A stretch of DNA of 64,000 nucleotides from Octopus bimaculoides (taxonomy: Eukaryota), in assembly GCF_001194135.2 (NCBI RefSeq), contig NC_068986.1:39580970-39644969 (forward strand), written 5' to 3'. Below, piece after piece: positions 37,170 through 51,029 of this stretch. Numbering within the stretch: position 1 is the stretch's first letter; every line of letters begins with the position of its first letter. The translations under genes and the position numbers were made by a program. A model generated the notes under the pieces. That model saw only the letters and a program-made list of their open reading frames with translations. It had not been told where the DNA came from and did not search any database.

Positions 37170-38330
37170 AGGTCAAGAGGTTGTTTGTCTTTGCTTACAA
37201 CTACAAGGGTGCCTAAAACAATAGATAAAAGCATAGTACAAGCTACCAAGTCATATTGGCATACAAGTGATGGCTAGGCTTTTTTCTCTTTTATCTATAA
37301 ATTGTCAAAGCATGGAATCATCAACATAAATGGTTGGTACATAAACCAATATGGAATGGACAAAAGAATGAAATGGTCATTTTATATATCACTGAGAAAT
37401 AATCCTCCATGATTCATAAAATAGCAATGCTGTATATGACATCCTAACCACTGCCAACATAAATATATTACTAGAATTGCTCCCAAGGAAGAGAAAACAG
37501 GCACCCAACCCTTGCTTAAATGAGAAGATAACAAAGGCCAGAAAAAATGTAGGTCAACTAGGAAATCTAAAATAAACATTTATTTAGTAAATGTCCACTT
37601 GAAGCATACAAACAGATACTAGAAACCGAAATCAAGTCCAAAACTGAAGAACTCAACAACTTCACTTTCATACTGAAAAGAAGCATGCTGCCACATGGGT
37701 AGTTTTGAAGAAATTTATTGAAAAGATAGTTTTGGCAGTGATTCACATTGTAGGGGAAAACCACTGGCCACCATCTAGATACCTGGTTTCAGCATTTCAA
37801 ATTACTTTTGGTAAAACAGAGCAATGGAATACCAAACTTGACAAGAGTCCTTTCTTCAACCATGAATTAGCAAATAGCTTGCTGATTCAGAGAGGTCTAT
37901 TTATCACAGAAGACATTTGAAAATACTTAAAAAGAAAGTTACAAGACACTGGACCCAGAAAACATTCCAGAAATGTTCCAAGCATCTCTTGGACTTCTGT
38001 TAATGAGACCTTTAAAGAAAACAAATGAATGGCCTTTTCAAAGTCTTTAATTATTCCACCTCCATAGAAAGATGGTCTGCACCTACTTTAAAACTACAGA
38101 AGATTACACTTTTACCTCTAGCATCAAAAATTTAGAAACCTATGCTCCTTTGTAGAATGTCCTTTGCATTGATACTATTCTATGACAGAACCAAAATAGC
38201 TTCTGCAAAAGCAGATGAACACTATCACAACTCCTTGTCCTTAGAAGAATCCTAGAAAAGCTCAGAATCTCCAAGCAAAAGCATCAACTGTACTGTGATT
38301 TGTGGATGCATTGACAGATATAAGTATTGA
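37170..38330 (+). mobile_element. Degenerate RTE-type LINE fragment (tether and start of RT)
   Basis: Broken frames give GPENIPEMF, SLIIPP, ITLLPLASKI, RILEKLRISKQKAS, in the order expected at the start of a LINE RT. Confidence 0.7.
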
Positions 38331-39670
38331 TCAGAAAAACGCTTTTTCGTTGAAATTATAAACAAAGGCAGTAACTTGTTTATGCAAAACGGGTAAATTT
38401 AACAATTTTTCCACTGACTGAAAAAAAATGATGAACAGCCTTAATCGATTTTTGAACCTTATTGGGTTCTCATCAGAGGTATCTACATCACTAAGCCATT
38501 GAGTCGATGACATAAAGGGTAAAGGGTAAAGATCCCCTTCAGTCATGAATGACCATGGGATTGCACTCAGAAAATTTCCCTCCAAAGCACAAGTCTGAGC
38601 AAGGTTATTTATCGAAGACTAACAGTCACCCATGCATACCAGCCTCCTCTCTCAATATCATCAATGTTATCCAAGGGATAGGTAAAAGCTGATACATCTT
38701 GGTATCAGTGACATCACAACTCATTTCTACAGCTGAGTGAACTGGAGCAATGTGAAATAAAGTGTCTTGCTCAAGAACACAACACACAGCCCAGTCCAGG
38801 AATCAAACTCACTACCTCATGCTTTAACCACTGAGCTAAGTGCCTTCACAGTCAATGACATAACTTCATATTTATTAATACCTACTGCTTGTCCTGAGAA
38901 TTGACTCATGATGCCTGCTTTAACCATATGTTTGCTTGATGATTAAAGCTGACCTGGAGTTATTACTATAATAAAGGACACTACATGACCTTGTAGTGCT
39001 AGATACAGTGTTTGTAGAGAAAATATGAAATGGTCATAGCTAGAATGATTTTGATCATAGCTCTGCTTGGTCAAGAGAAGAGCTGAGCTTAAACAATAAC
39101 AACATCTTTCAGTACTTGTAACAGTTGAAGAGAGATTCAACTAGGTTGACTCTGAAACTAGAGTCTCCATTTACAGATGAACCTTTGTATCTTTTCTCGT
39201 TTTATTTTTCTATACAGATCTCTTTATTAAGATAATAAAACAGAGCCACTGGCGAAATAAGAACAATTATGAAGTTAACCAAAGAACAAAATAAATGCAA
39301 AATACAGAATATAATTTTAAAAAAACATGAAATTATAGTTTTGTTTATTTAGATTTTCTTTTTTTGTAGTGTGTTTATTCTATTTATTTTTATTAAAAGA
39401 AAAAATAACACATTTTTTAAAATCATTTTTATTTTTGAAAACTGAGGAAAGATATTTAACACTTCTGTGTTGATGTCAAGTGATAATGGATTATACAGGG
39501 GATGTGAGAATTTAAGAAGTGTGTTGGTGGTGGTGGTGGGGGATATGTGGGAAGGGGCTGGGTTAGTGTCCTGCCTGAGGAAATAGGTTCCCCTCCTAGT
39601 AACAGATCTGAGGTTTCGTTATCTCTATTGCATTGGGAGTGAGTGTTATATATATGTACGTACACACACA

Positions 39671-39717
<47 letters not shown>

Positions 39718-40664
39718 TTACAGACATGTACATACACACACAGATGTTCAGATATATGAAAATGCGTGAAAAGTGCGTGTTGATGTATTCTGTGTGTATT
39801 CTGTGTATATGTGTATATGTTGGCATTTGTTTGCATGCATCCGTATATTTGTTGTTCATATATGTATGGTACAAGACGATGTGCTGTGCGTGAGTATATA
39901 CTGATGTGTATACCCCAATGTGTGCTTATGAATGTATAGGGACAGGTGTGCAAGTGGGTTGCATGCTGATTACTGAGTAAGTTGATGCATGCGAGAGTGT
40001 TGTACCTTGAGATATATAAGACTGTATGAATGTAGCTATGGGTATATATGTGTGTGTTTGGGTATGTGTATATGTATGTGTGTTTTGTTGAAAATCTAGT
40101 CAAGCAAATAATTTTATATGAATGACTAAACAGAAATTCTATACATTAAAGAATTCTAAAACAAAAAAAGAAAGACAAAAAAGACAAAACTTACAATGAA
40201 ACCCATAAAACAATAATCCCATATTAACAATTAGCTATTGTTTGTGTGGAAATAGGCATGTATGTGTAGCTATCTGTAACTATCTGTGTATGTAAGTGCA
40301 TGCATGAGTGATAATGGTGGTGGTAGTGATGGTGGGAGTGATGCCGGTGGTGGTAGTGATGCCGGCTTAGCAAAGGTGTTGATGTTTTGTTGTTTGATTG
40401 GTGGAGAATTTCGTCCATTGCCAATCATACAATGAATATTCACCAATGTATAAATTGATGTACAAATACTCTGTGTGTGTTTGGAGAGTGAGAGAGAGAG
40501 AGAGAGAGGCATGGCTGTGTGGTTCAAAATCTTGCTTAGTAACCATTGGGCCTCTAGTTCAATTCCACTGCATGACACCTTGAGCAAGTGTCTTTTACTA
40601 TACCCTGGGATGACCAATGCCTTGTGAGAGAATTTAGTAGATGGAAACTGTATAGTAGCTCATC

Positions 40665-40695
<31 letters not shown>

Positions 40696-40703
40696 TGTAT
40701 GCA

Positions 40704-40735
<32 letters not shown>

Positions 40736-41514
40736 NNNNNNNNNNNNNNNNNNNNNNNNNNNNNNNNNNNNNNNNNNNNNNNNNNNNNNNNNNNNNNNNN
40801 NNNNNNNNNNNNNNNNNNNNNNNNNNNNNNNNNNNNNNNNNNNNNNNNNNNNNNNNNNNNNNNNNNNNNNNNNNNNNNNNNNNNNNNNNNNNNNNNNNNN
40901 NNNNNNNNNNNNNNNNNNNNNNNNNNNNNNNNNNNNNNNNNNNNNNNNNNNNNNNNNNNNNNNNNNNNNNNNNNNNNNNNNNNNNNNNNNNNNNNNNNNN
41001 NNNNNNNNNNNNNNNNNNNNNNNNNNNNNNNNNNNNNNNNNNNNNNNNNNNNNNNNNNNNNNNNNNNNNNNNNNNNNNNNNNNNNNNNNNNNNNNNNNNN
41101 NNNNNNNNNNNNNNNNNNNNNNNNNNNNNNNNNNNNNNNNNNNNNNNNNNNNNNNNNNNNNNNNNNNNNNNNNNNNNNNNNNNNNNNNNNNNNNNNNNNN
41201 NNNNNNNNNNNNNNNNNNNNNNNNNNNNNNNNNNNNNNNNNNNNNNNNNNNNNNNNNNNNNNNNNNNNNNNNNNNNNNNNNNNNNNNNNNNNNNNNNNNN
41301 NNNNNNNNNNNNNNNNNNNNNNNNNNNNNNNNNNNNNNNNNNNNNNNNNNNNNNNNNNNNNNNNNNNNNNNNNNNNNNNNNNNNNNNNNNNNNNNNNNNN
41401 NNNNNNNNNNNNNNNNNNNNNNNNNNNNNNNNNNNNNNNNNNNNNNNNNNNNNNNNNNNNNNNNNNNNNNNNNNNNNNNNNNNNNNNNNNNNNNNNNNNN
41501 NNNNNNNNNNNNNN

Positions 41515-41549
<35 letters not shown>

Positions 41550-41984
41550 CTTAGAGTTTGTTTGTCCCAAACTTACCGCTTAACAACTGATGTTAGTTTA
41601 CATCCCCATAACTTAGCAGTTTGGTAAAAGTGACTGACAGAATAAGTACCAGACTTAAAAAAAAAAATAAGTACTGGAATTAACTGGTTTGACTACAAAC
41701 CCTTCAAGGTGGTGCCCCAGCATGGCCCCAGTCCAATGACTGAAACAAGTAAAAGATATAAAGTACACACACTATGAAATTCCACGTACCATTCCATTGT
41801 AAGATAAGACCAACCAGTTACCTAGACAGCATTAAAAATATCTAAAAGACTTGCTAATTCTAAGGAAGATATACAAAGTTCATTCACAAAAATAAAAGTA
41901 AAACCTTTGAACAGAACAGCAATGGAAATACAATAATCTTCCATTAAAATAAAATCTATTTGCAGTATTTATTTCTACTGTAAA

Positions 41985-42600
41985 GTTGCAAGCTGGCAGA
42001 ATTGTTAGAATTCTGGGTGAAATGCTAAGTGGAATATCGTCTGTCTTCATGTTCTGGGTTCAAATTCTACTGAGGTTGATTTTGCTTTTCATCCCTTCGG
42101 GGTTGATAAAGTAAGTATAAATTGCTGGCCTTGTGCCAAAATCTGAAATCACTATTTCTTTCTACTGCAAAGTGGCAAGCTGGCACAACTGTTAGCATGC
42201 TGGGTAAAATGCTTAGCGACATTTTGTCTAGCTTCACATTTTGCGTTCAAATTCCACCGAGGTTGATTTTGCCTTTCATCCCTTCAGGGTCAGTACCAGT
42301 TGAATACTGGGGTCGATGTAACTGACTTACCCTTCCCCTGAAAAATTGCTGACCCTGTGTCAAAATTTGAACTCATTATTTCTTTCTACTGTAGGTACAA
42401 GGCTTGAAATTTTAGGGGAGTTGGCTAGTTGATTATATGGAAACCCATTGCTTAACTGGTACCTATTTTATCAACCCTGAAAGGATGAAAGGCAAAGTTG
42501 ACCTCAGTGGAATCTGAACTGAGAATGTAAAGTCAGAAGAAACGTTGCTAGGCATTTTGTCTGGCGTGCTAATGATTTTACCAGTTTGCCACCTTAAAAT
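41985..42600. mobile_element. SINE family E cluster: tandem plus copies followed by an inverted copy
   Basis: Plus copies near 41985 and 42170; reverse-complement copy at about 42395-42600. Confidence 0.78.
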
Positions 42601-42970
42601 CTATTAGTTATATTAATAATGACATCAGTACATAAGTCAGACTGAATAAATTTGAAACTAACAGAATGACAGCAGGAACTAAATCAAGAGATTATTCATA
42701 AACTCCAGAAATATAATATCCTGAACTGAAGGAAACCAGAACTAGTGAGTCCCACTTGATTTTTGGTATAACATACTATTACCTTACCTGGAAACAGGTA
42801 AGGAATGGTGGCAGGAAGGGCATCTGGCCACAGGAAAATTTGCTTCAACAGATTCCATCTGACCCATGCAAGGATAGAAAAGTAGATATTAAATGATAGT
42901 GATGAAGATGATGATGATGATGATGAAGATGATACTACTACTACTGTATTTTATAATGTTTTGAGGTCAG

Positions 42971-43101
42971 AACATCGTACAGTCTTTATAAATAATCAAC
43001 CGGCAGAGCTAACTTATACAACCTTGATGACAACATATCAACGAGATATTTCAATGACTCTCAGACAAGCTGGAGACCCACAAGATCACTATGAAACATA
43101 A
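42971..43101 (+). CDS. Candidate terminal exon antisense to a CSTPP1 intron
   Basis: Reads (E)HRTVFINNQPAELTYTTLMTTYQRDISMTLRQAGDPQDHYET*, then about 500 nt of repeat-free AT-rich sequence with AATAAA near 43535 and 43604. Confidence 0.3.
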
Positions 43102-43988
43102 ATAGTGGCTTTATTAGTTTCATAACTGTAGCATTGTCTGTCTGCAGTTTGTTGTAATAATATTGTGATAAGGGTGTAATTTTGTAAAGTGGTATCTGAT
43201 TAAAACATCTCTAATTTTAATGGCTTGCAATTTTTTTTTATACAAATTTTTTCCTTTATGTTGTGACCAGATATTTACTAAGACAAATAAATATCATTAA
43301 AAATATCTCTTTTTTTTTCTACATTATGGTTTAATTTTGACAATCTAATTTTATGTTACTGAAATGCAAATTCACATATTTTTCTTAGATGTTCTTGTAG
43401 TTAATTACCATATGCTCACTATGGTTAAAACAATCATCAGTCTAGAACGTAAAAATATTTGGAATATATGTGTATTTTATAACTAAAACTTACATGAATC
43501 AGCAGTTAAAAAAGAAAGAAAAGCTACTTTATTGAATAAATAATATTGCACACATGTATTTCTTATTCCTATAAAACTTTTGTAACAAAATGAATATGAA
43601 ATAATAAAAAAAATGTTTGTGTAAATTTTGTTCATGTCTTCCAGCTTTCAGACATCTGAAGCATATTGTCTGCGATGGCCACTCCTGATGAAGGACGATC
43701 TCAGGATATTGGACCTTTCAGATGAGATGACAACAGAAGAGATTCCTGGTATTTTGCTGTATTCAAGAAGAAAAGCATTCATACCAGCACTCATGTGCCA
43801 TGTAAAAGTACCCACCACACTCTGTAAAGTGGTTGGCATTTAGAAGAACATCCAGCCATAGAAACCATGCCAAATCAGACTGGAGCCTGGTGCAGCTCTC
43901 TGGCTTGCCAGCTCTGTTCAAACTATCCAACCCATGCCAACACAGAAAAATGGCTGTTAAATGATGATGATTATGATGATGATGATGA

Positions 43989-44031
<43 letters not shown>

Positions 44032-45483
44032 TGTTCCATTATTAGTAAGATCAACTCCATCCTATGAGAGATAAATATCGTTTAATATATACAGAATTTT
44101 AAAATGCAGTTTCTAGTAGTTTTATATTGTGGAAATACAATAATTCAGCAGATTTATATATCTTACCTTCTGTCTCCAAGCAATCCTTAAGACCAACCAT
44201 GTTGTATATTTGAGCCTCAAGTATTGTTTGGAGATACAAGGTATGATATATATACATCTGCCAAATTATTGTGTTTCCACAACATGAAACTTAGTAACTC
44301 ATATTTAAATTCAGTGTGTATGTAAGTATATAGATGAGTGGATGGATGGATGGATGGATGGATGGATCAATGTCAGGACTGTAAACACTGTAATGTGGTT
44401 GGCATTAGCAAAGTCATTTAGCTGTAGAATCTATGCCAACACCAACACTGGGCCCAACATAGCTGTGGATTGTTGGACTCTGTCAAACCATCTAAATCAG
44501 GCCATCATAGAAAAAAGACATTAAATGATGATAATAAGGATGAGGAGTGACCACTGCACATAATAAACTTCAAATGCTTGTGAGCTGCAAAGACATGAAC
44601 AAAATTTACACACACATTTTTTTCATTATTACATGCATACATATATGCATGTACACATGCATGCATGTATATATTTATGTATGTATTGACAAAAAAGTTA
44701 CAGAAGTGATTCAAGGGCTGAATGTTTTATGCATATCATGCATAAAACTCTTGACCCTTAAGTCACTTTAGTATCTTTTCTTTCAATTAAAAAAGATATG
44801 TATCAACTCATGTATTGAATTATATTTTTCCTGTTTGTTCCATTAAATACACACACACACTCGCACACGCATGCACGCGCGTGTGCACACACACACTTTC
44901 AAAGCATTGGTTTCATTAGCTCCCACCCAACTTCAATTTTTACTCCAAATCTTTCTAAATACTTTCCATCAATGTTTCTTTAATGTCATTTGATGTCTGA
45001 CTGTATCCTTCAGCAAATCTTTTCACAATTATTCATGTGGACTGAAGCATGATGATGTGATGTAAATGCCAGTTCTTGATACTAGAACCTAATGAAAACT
45101 TAGCATTGAATGAAAATGTTTCACAAGTCATTTTTTTCTACAAGAAAGTGAATTTTTCTTTGCCTTAAATCTAATGTCATTGTATTCTGGCAATGTAGGT
45201 GCTTCTATCCAGGTCAACTTTGACCAAACAAACCTACAGACAAAGGCTTTCCTACTGTAGCCAACTCATTATTTTGATTTGGTGGAGATTTGGCAAGTGA
45301 CATGATTTGCATAGAGGTTCCCTTGTTGGCTGATTTGTGTGACTATCTTTTGTTGTTTTGTTTGGTTTAGTTATTGGACTATGGTCAAATTGATCTGAAC
45401 CATTAAGATACAAGGAAATAAACAAACTCCATTCGTCTAGCAGTGGTAGAGGACAAGCGCAAACACACACACACACGTATGCA

Positions 45484-45516
<33 letters not shown>

Positions 45517-45948
45517 TCTTTTATTCTTGAATTCTTTTACTTGTCTCAGTCATTTGACTGAGGCCAAGCTGGAGCATCGCCGTGAAGGGTTTTAGCCAAA
45601 CAAATTGACCCTAGGACTTTTTTTAAGCCTAGTACTTATCCTATTAGTCTCTTTTGCTGACCCACTGTTATGGGGATGTAAACACACCAACACCGGTTGT
45701 CATGTGGTGATGAGGGGACAAACACAGACACAAAGACACACACAGATATAGATATACATACATACATATNNNNNNNNNNNNNNNNNNNNNNNNNNNNNNN
45801 NNNNNNNNNNNNNNNNNNNNNNNNNNNNNNNNNNNNNNNNNNNNNNNNNNNNNNNNNNNNNNNNNNNNNNNNNNNNNNNNATATATATAGATAGATAGAT
45901 ATTCAACAAGCTACATACATATGCATAAATATGCATACATACATACAT

Positions 45949-45999
<51 letters not shown>

Positions 46000-46994
46000 T
46001 ACATATGCTGGACTTCAACAGTTTCCATCAAACAAATTCACTTGCAAGGCATTAGTTAACCTGGTGCTACAGCTGAAAGCCACTTGCTGAAGATGCCTCA
46101 CAGTGGAACTGAACCTGAAACTACAGGGTTGCAAAACAAGCTTTTTTAACCACACAGCCATGCCACAGCTTATAGCCACACCAGTGCTTGTTTTTGAGAA
46201 ATTTCTCATTGAAATAATCTTCTGCTAATCAATTATTTATGGTGATAGCACTAATTGATGAACGACTTAGGTATCAATACCAGTTATAAGTACTCTTCTT
46301 TAAAGGATACTTTTACTTTTGATGAGAAAAACTGAATTTCTTAATGGAATTGTAACCCTTACAAGGCAATCAGGTGGATCTAATGGCTCACAATTTTTTC
46401 ATCCTAGAAGAGAAATATTCACCTGAATGTGTTCAAACTATCAATTTGCGTGAAAACCAATTTCATACAAATGTTTTGGTGCTATGTTAAAAAAGATACA
46501 CTATATATATTTCTCAACAATCTACACATACTGGTAATAGATTTCAGAAAAGTATTTTCAGACATACCCATGCATCACAATTTACAACTCAATGTTTTTT
46601 ATCACATTTCAAAAATATGCAGCTTTCTTATATTATATAGACTTGTTCTCCTGTTCTTTTCATTTTTAGAAAATGAATATTTTCACCAAAATAGCAGATT
46701 ATTATAGGTTTTAAACTAAGTGTTTAATCTTTGTTCTACTATATTCACTATTTTCCCTTTATATGTATGCATGTACATATGCATGCACACACACACACAC
46801 ACACACACATAATGCATACATGTTTATATGATGTAAAGTGGTTGACATTAGGGAGGGCAGCCAACCATAAAAACCATGCCAAAGCAGATGCTGGAAATTG
46901 GTGCAGTCCCTCTGGTTTACCACCTCCAGTCAAATCAGCCAACCCATGATGGCATGGAAGACAGATGTTAAAAAAAAGAGATGTATATTAAATA

Positions 46995-47025
<31 letters not shown>

Positions 47026-47059
47026 TTAATATACATCTCTTTTTTTTAACATCTGTCTT

Positions 47060-47094
<35 letters not shown>

Positions 47095-47860
47095 CTAGAT
47101 ACCCAGCGTTGCTCGGGATTAAAATGGCATAGTTTGTATATAATATATTACAGTTATTTTGAAACAGGTGATATGGGAAAGTGCAGCATTGACAACAAAA
47201 CATTTGTGGAGTAAATGCTGGGCTAATTCGACTAAGCAACAAGCTATGCATCCATTTGGAGTATTTCAGGCCCTAACCTGCCATGGAAAATTGGGGGTGG
47301 GGGTTATGTGATTTTTGAATGCACTGAAAAGCTGTCAGTGGATATACTCTCTTTTGCAGTAGTCGGCGCTGTGTCTAACATGACCCATCATCTGAAATTT
47401 TGACACCTCCTTCAGGTTTGTTGTCCTACATCACTCATAAAGTAAATTTGGAGGAACTGTGGTTGTTCATTTGTGGGTAACAGAGAACCAATGAGGTGAT
47501 AGACTTGCCCCTGAACTTTGAAGTCAGCATAAATTCATGTTTAACTATCTTCTTAGATGCAGTACACGATGTCATTTGAAATGCAGATTTGTATTGTTTG
47601 ATATTGTTTAGAAAATACTTTGACTGGATGGAAGTGCCTTCTAGAAGATCCATAAGGCTCAGAATGAGCTGGTAGTGTTGGCAATGTTACCTGACAACCT
47701 GAGCACCACATACCATTTGTTTCATTTGAAAATTTTAAACCTCTACAGAAATGACAATTTGTGTTTAGCATACTAATTCGGACAGAGTTATCATTTTTAT
47801 AAGAATGGGATGGATCATATCTGAAAACAGCTTCAGAACGAATTTGTACATAGTCTGTTT
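47095..47860 (-). mobile_element. Deleted Helitron retaining Rep N-terminal coding remnants
   Basis: 3' hairpin cccgagcaacgctggg + CTAG|T. Remnants CHFCRGLKFSNETNGM and LLEGTSIQSKYFLNNIKQYKSAFQMTS. 5' end not located. Confidence 0.8.
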
Positions 47861-48489
47861 CTGAGAGCTATTCTATTGGACCTCTGTCTAATCATTAAAA
47901 CATTGATTTAATGATCTAGTATTAAGTGCTGCATCATGCATTTACTGATCTTGGGAAAGTCTCATCTCCCTTCTTTCTTGAGACTCCATCTGATGTGCTG
48001 CAGCATGCCTTTGCTGATCTTGAGAAAATCTCATCTCGCTTATCTCTTCAGACTCTCACCTTCAGTTTTCTACAATCCTCCTTGCTTTATACTTGTTTCT
48101 GAAGAGATTATGTCTTTTCTTTGGTGGCATATTCTTTGGTGGCATAGAAAGAAATTATACATTAATCCCTAGTTTGTAAGCATCATCATCATCATCCTTA
48201 TTATTATCATTTATGTTTGTTTTCCATGTTGGCATGGGTTGGATATGTCATTCCAGTCTTGTAGTATTCATTTAGAGTTACAACCTTCCATGTGTGTGTG
48301 TGTGTGTGTGTGTGTATACATATATATTATACTGTGCTTGAGAAGACCTAGGTACTAGTGTCACACAAATGGTACCTGTGCTGGTGGCACATAAAAGCAC
48401 CCATTACAATTTGTGCGTTAACGTAACACTGGCATGGGTGCTTTTTAAGTGGCATCCACACCTGAAAGAACAAGCCTGCATATATGGAA

Positions 48490-48716
48490 CACAGAGATTT
48501 TATTTAGCTTGATGTGTCTTATCAAGTACAGCAAATCACCACGTCTTCCAGTCCCTTGTCATTTCCTCAGTGAGTCCCAGTGTCTGAAGACCCCTTCTCA
48601 TCACTTCATCCCACATCTTCCTGGGTCTACCCCCTTGCACAGAAACCCTTCACAATTAGAGCTCAGTACTTCTTTATGCAGTTGTCATCATCCATATCAC
48701 ATGACTAAACCAGTGC
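48490..48716 (-). mobile_element. RTE LINE ORF C-terminal fragment
   Basis: Reverse strand reads HVIWMMTTA then, after a frameshift, ARGRPRKMWDEVMRRGLQTLGLTEEMTRD; same family as 53.5 kb. Confidence 0.7.
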
Positions 48717-48998
48717 AACATATATATATATACCTACATACATATATAAAATATCAATATAAATAAGGATAAGATTGTTATTTCAAATAGCGATCAAATC
48801 TAGTGGCAGCATAGGAAGAAAAAAGCATTCATAGGTTATAATAATTATCAAAATTATAAATAAGGGTAGCTAAGAGATATACCATCATGCTTGAAATAGC
48901 AGTCAGAACCTGACTCTAAAACCACATCAAGTATTTAATACAGCACAAGGTGAATAGACAAAAGACAAATAAACTAAAAAAAAATGGATATTATTTAT

Positions 48999-49039
<41 letters not shown>

Positions 49040-49388
49040 TGTGTATATATTTAGTATACTTTGAGTGTAAATCTTGTATGTGCATTCAAGAGTTCTTATG
49101 TCATTATTTGGCTACCACATTTGGTTATATATGCATGCATAAAACTATGTATCGGTTATAGTTCTGATTAGATTATTTAAATACATTACAGTACAACAGC
49201 AATTTAACAAGTAACATTTTGTTTCTGTGCAAAAGCATGACATCATCACAAAAAGTCTCTTGTCATTACACACACACACAGACACAGACACAGACACACA
49301 CACACACTCATAGAGAAAATGATATGTTAATACTGTCAGCAATAAATCAAATACCAACAGACAAGATAGGAAGAATTTGATAACTAAT

Positions 49389-49423
<35 letters not shown>

Positions 49424-49879
49424 TACACACGTGCATGCGCACACAAATACACACACATATGTATGTATGTATCAGATATTACAGTGGTATATGAAGTTGA
49501 AAGAAAGCAGTGAAATAATAGAAAAATTTGAAAAAATACACAGAAAAAACAAACAAGAAAGCAACAAAAAAATTGCTTTTAGGAAATTTGAACAATTTAT
49601 ATTTTATTCTGAATATCAATCGAATTGATAATGAAGAGAGAGAATTATGATGAAAATAATGATGATTGATAATGGTTTCCAACTTATGCACAAGAGCAGC
49701 AGTTTTTGAGGAAAGGAGGACCAGTTAATTAGATTGACTCCAGTATTTACTTAAGTCCTTCACTCCCTCTGGAGCATAGACCGTTGATGGATTTTTCTCA
49801 ACGTTTCCTAACTCTAGGCTATCTTTTCTGCTTCTCTCCAGTTATTCGGCTGTCCATCATAAGTTGACATTGATTGCTC

Positions 49880-50200
49880 TTATTCAGTAAGCAACTCTGG
49901 GAGTCTCACATGTGGATTACAAGTCGTGCTCTTGATCTGCAGCGGTTATGACATTTGCTGCAGGTGAAGCTACTTGACATAATGGAGGAGTGGCAACTCT
50001 CATCTGCTCTTTCATATCCTCAAAGGCTGGAATTATGAGCTTCAATGATCAATAGCTGGGTCCCTGATTTCTCACCTCTGTCTCAGTATCTCAAGGGCAT
50101 CCTCTCTTCTGCCTCCCTTTTGGGATTTGTTCTTGCATTTTCTTGAGAAGAAGCCTTCATCTCCCAGATGTTGGTTTTGAATTGTTACCAATGCTTTAGT
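49880..50200 (-). mobile_element. Old RTE-like LINE 3' fragment with C-terminal zinc finger
   Basis: FTCSKCHNRCRSRARLVIHM on the reverse strand. Confidence 0.5.
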
Positions 50201-50424
50201 GACTTTGCTTTTTTTTCTCTAGGTAGGGGTGTTGACCCTGCACAAATCCATTTTTGCTTCTGGAAAGATGTGATCCATATTAGTCTGGCGTCTATCCTTT
50301 GATCTTTCCATTTGGGAGGCCCTACTAGGAGCTTGCACTATACATTTTTGATTCAAAGGTCAAGCCTTGTCACACATAGTAATTCATGCTGATTCTGCAA
50401 GTGAATTACACTGAGAACAAGCAC

Positions 50425-50755
50425 ATAGTTCAGTGGTTGGAGCGTCAGGCTCACAATCATGAGGTAGCCTGTTCGATTCCCGGATCAGACTGTGTGTCGT
50501 GTTCTTGAATAAAGACACTTTATTTCATGTTGCTCCAGTTCACTCAGCTGTAGAAATGAGTTGCAATGTCACTGGTGCCAAGCTGTATTGGCCTTTGTCT
50601 TCCCTTTGGATAACATCATTGGCATTGAGAGGGGAGGCTGGTATGCATAGGCAACTGCTGGTCTTTCATAAACTACCTTGCCCAGACTTGTGCCTCAGAG
50701 GGAAACTTTCTAGGAGCAATACCATGGTCATTCATGACCAAAGGAGATCTTTATT
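50425..50755 (+). mobile_element. tRNA-derived SINE (family D)
   Basis: cagtggtt...gttcgattccc head and the core ttgctccagttcactcagctgtagaaatgag. Related copies lie at 5139-5395, 20313-20590 and 22021-22310 (+), and 17095-17235, 31405-31700 and 38510-38850 (-). Confidence 0.82.
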
Positions 50756-50913
50756 GCTAACACATGTCTGTGGAGTGCTCAGCCACTTTTATGCTAGCTC
50801 AAGGAACAGGTCATTCACTGGTGAAAGTATCAGAGATTCATTTTCTTTTACTGTTTCTGCAATTCCACTACTCATATAATGGCTTAATAATAAAATGAAA
50901 ATAAATCACATAC

Positions 50914-51029
50914 CTAATGAGTTGTTTACTGTTTCACTCTTTGCCAATATCATTAGAAATTCATAAAAGGACACTCGAACAGTTGCCATTGGTGTTAAAA
51001 TATCTTGGAGGACATCAGGTGCAGGAGAG
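50914..51029 (-). CDS. CSTPP1: Next CSTPP1 coding exon
   Basis: tttgttttcag acceptor and TAG|gtatgt donor, in phase with the 55 kb exon. Encodes (S)SPAPDVLQDILTPMATVRVSFYEFLMILAKSETVNNSL versus recalled human SCPPPALVKEAL...RLTFYGFLMALSKHRGINQAL. Confidence 0.88.

Noticed and set aside
42973-43000. HRTVFINNQP resembling the P4-ATPase N-terminal RTIFINQP motif
   Set aside because: The downstream N.ISTAKY motif is absent and the frame stops after about 40 codons.
43640-43760. CTGATGAAGG as a hammerhead core, or an exon TSEAYCLRWPLL...
   Set aside because: No stem II-GAAA follows, and the exon candidate has no supporting partner or homology.
45256-45394. Phase-compatible extra CSTPP1 exon (DQFDHSPITKP...IMSWL)
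   Set aside because: Weak donor, and the direct 50914/35016 join restores the conserved NxxLGxLP motif without it.
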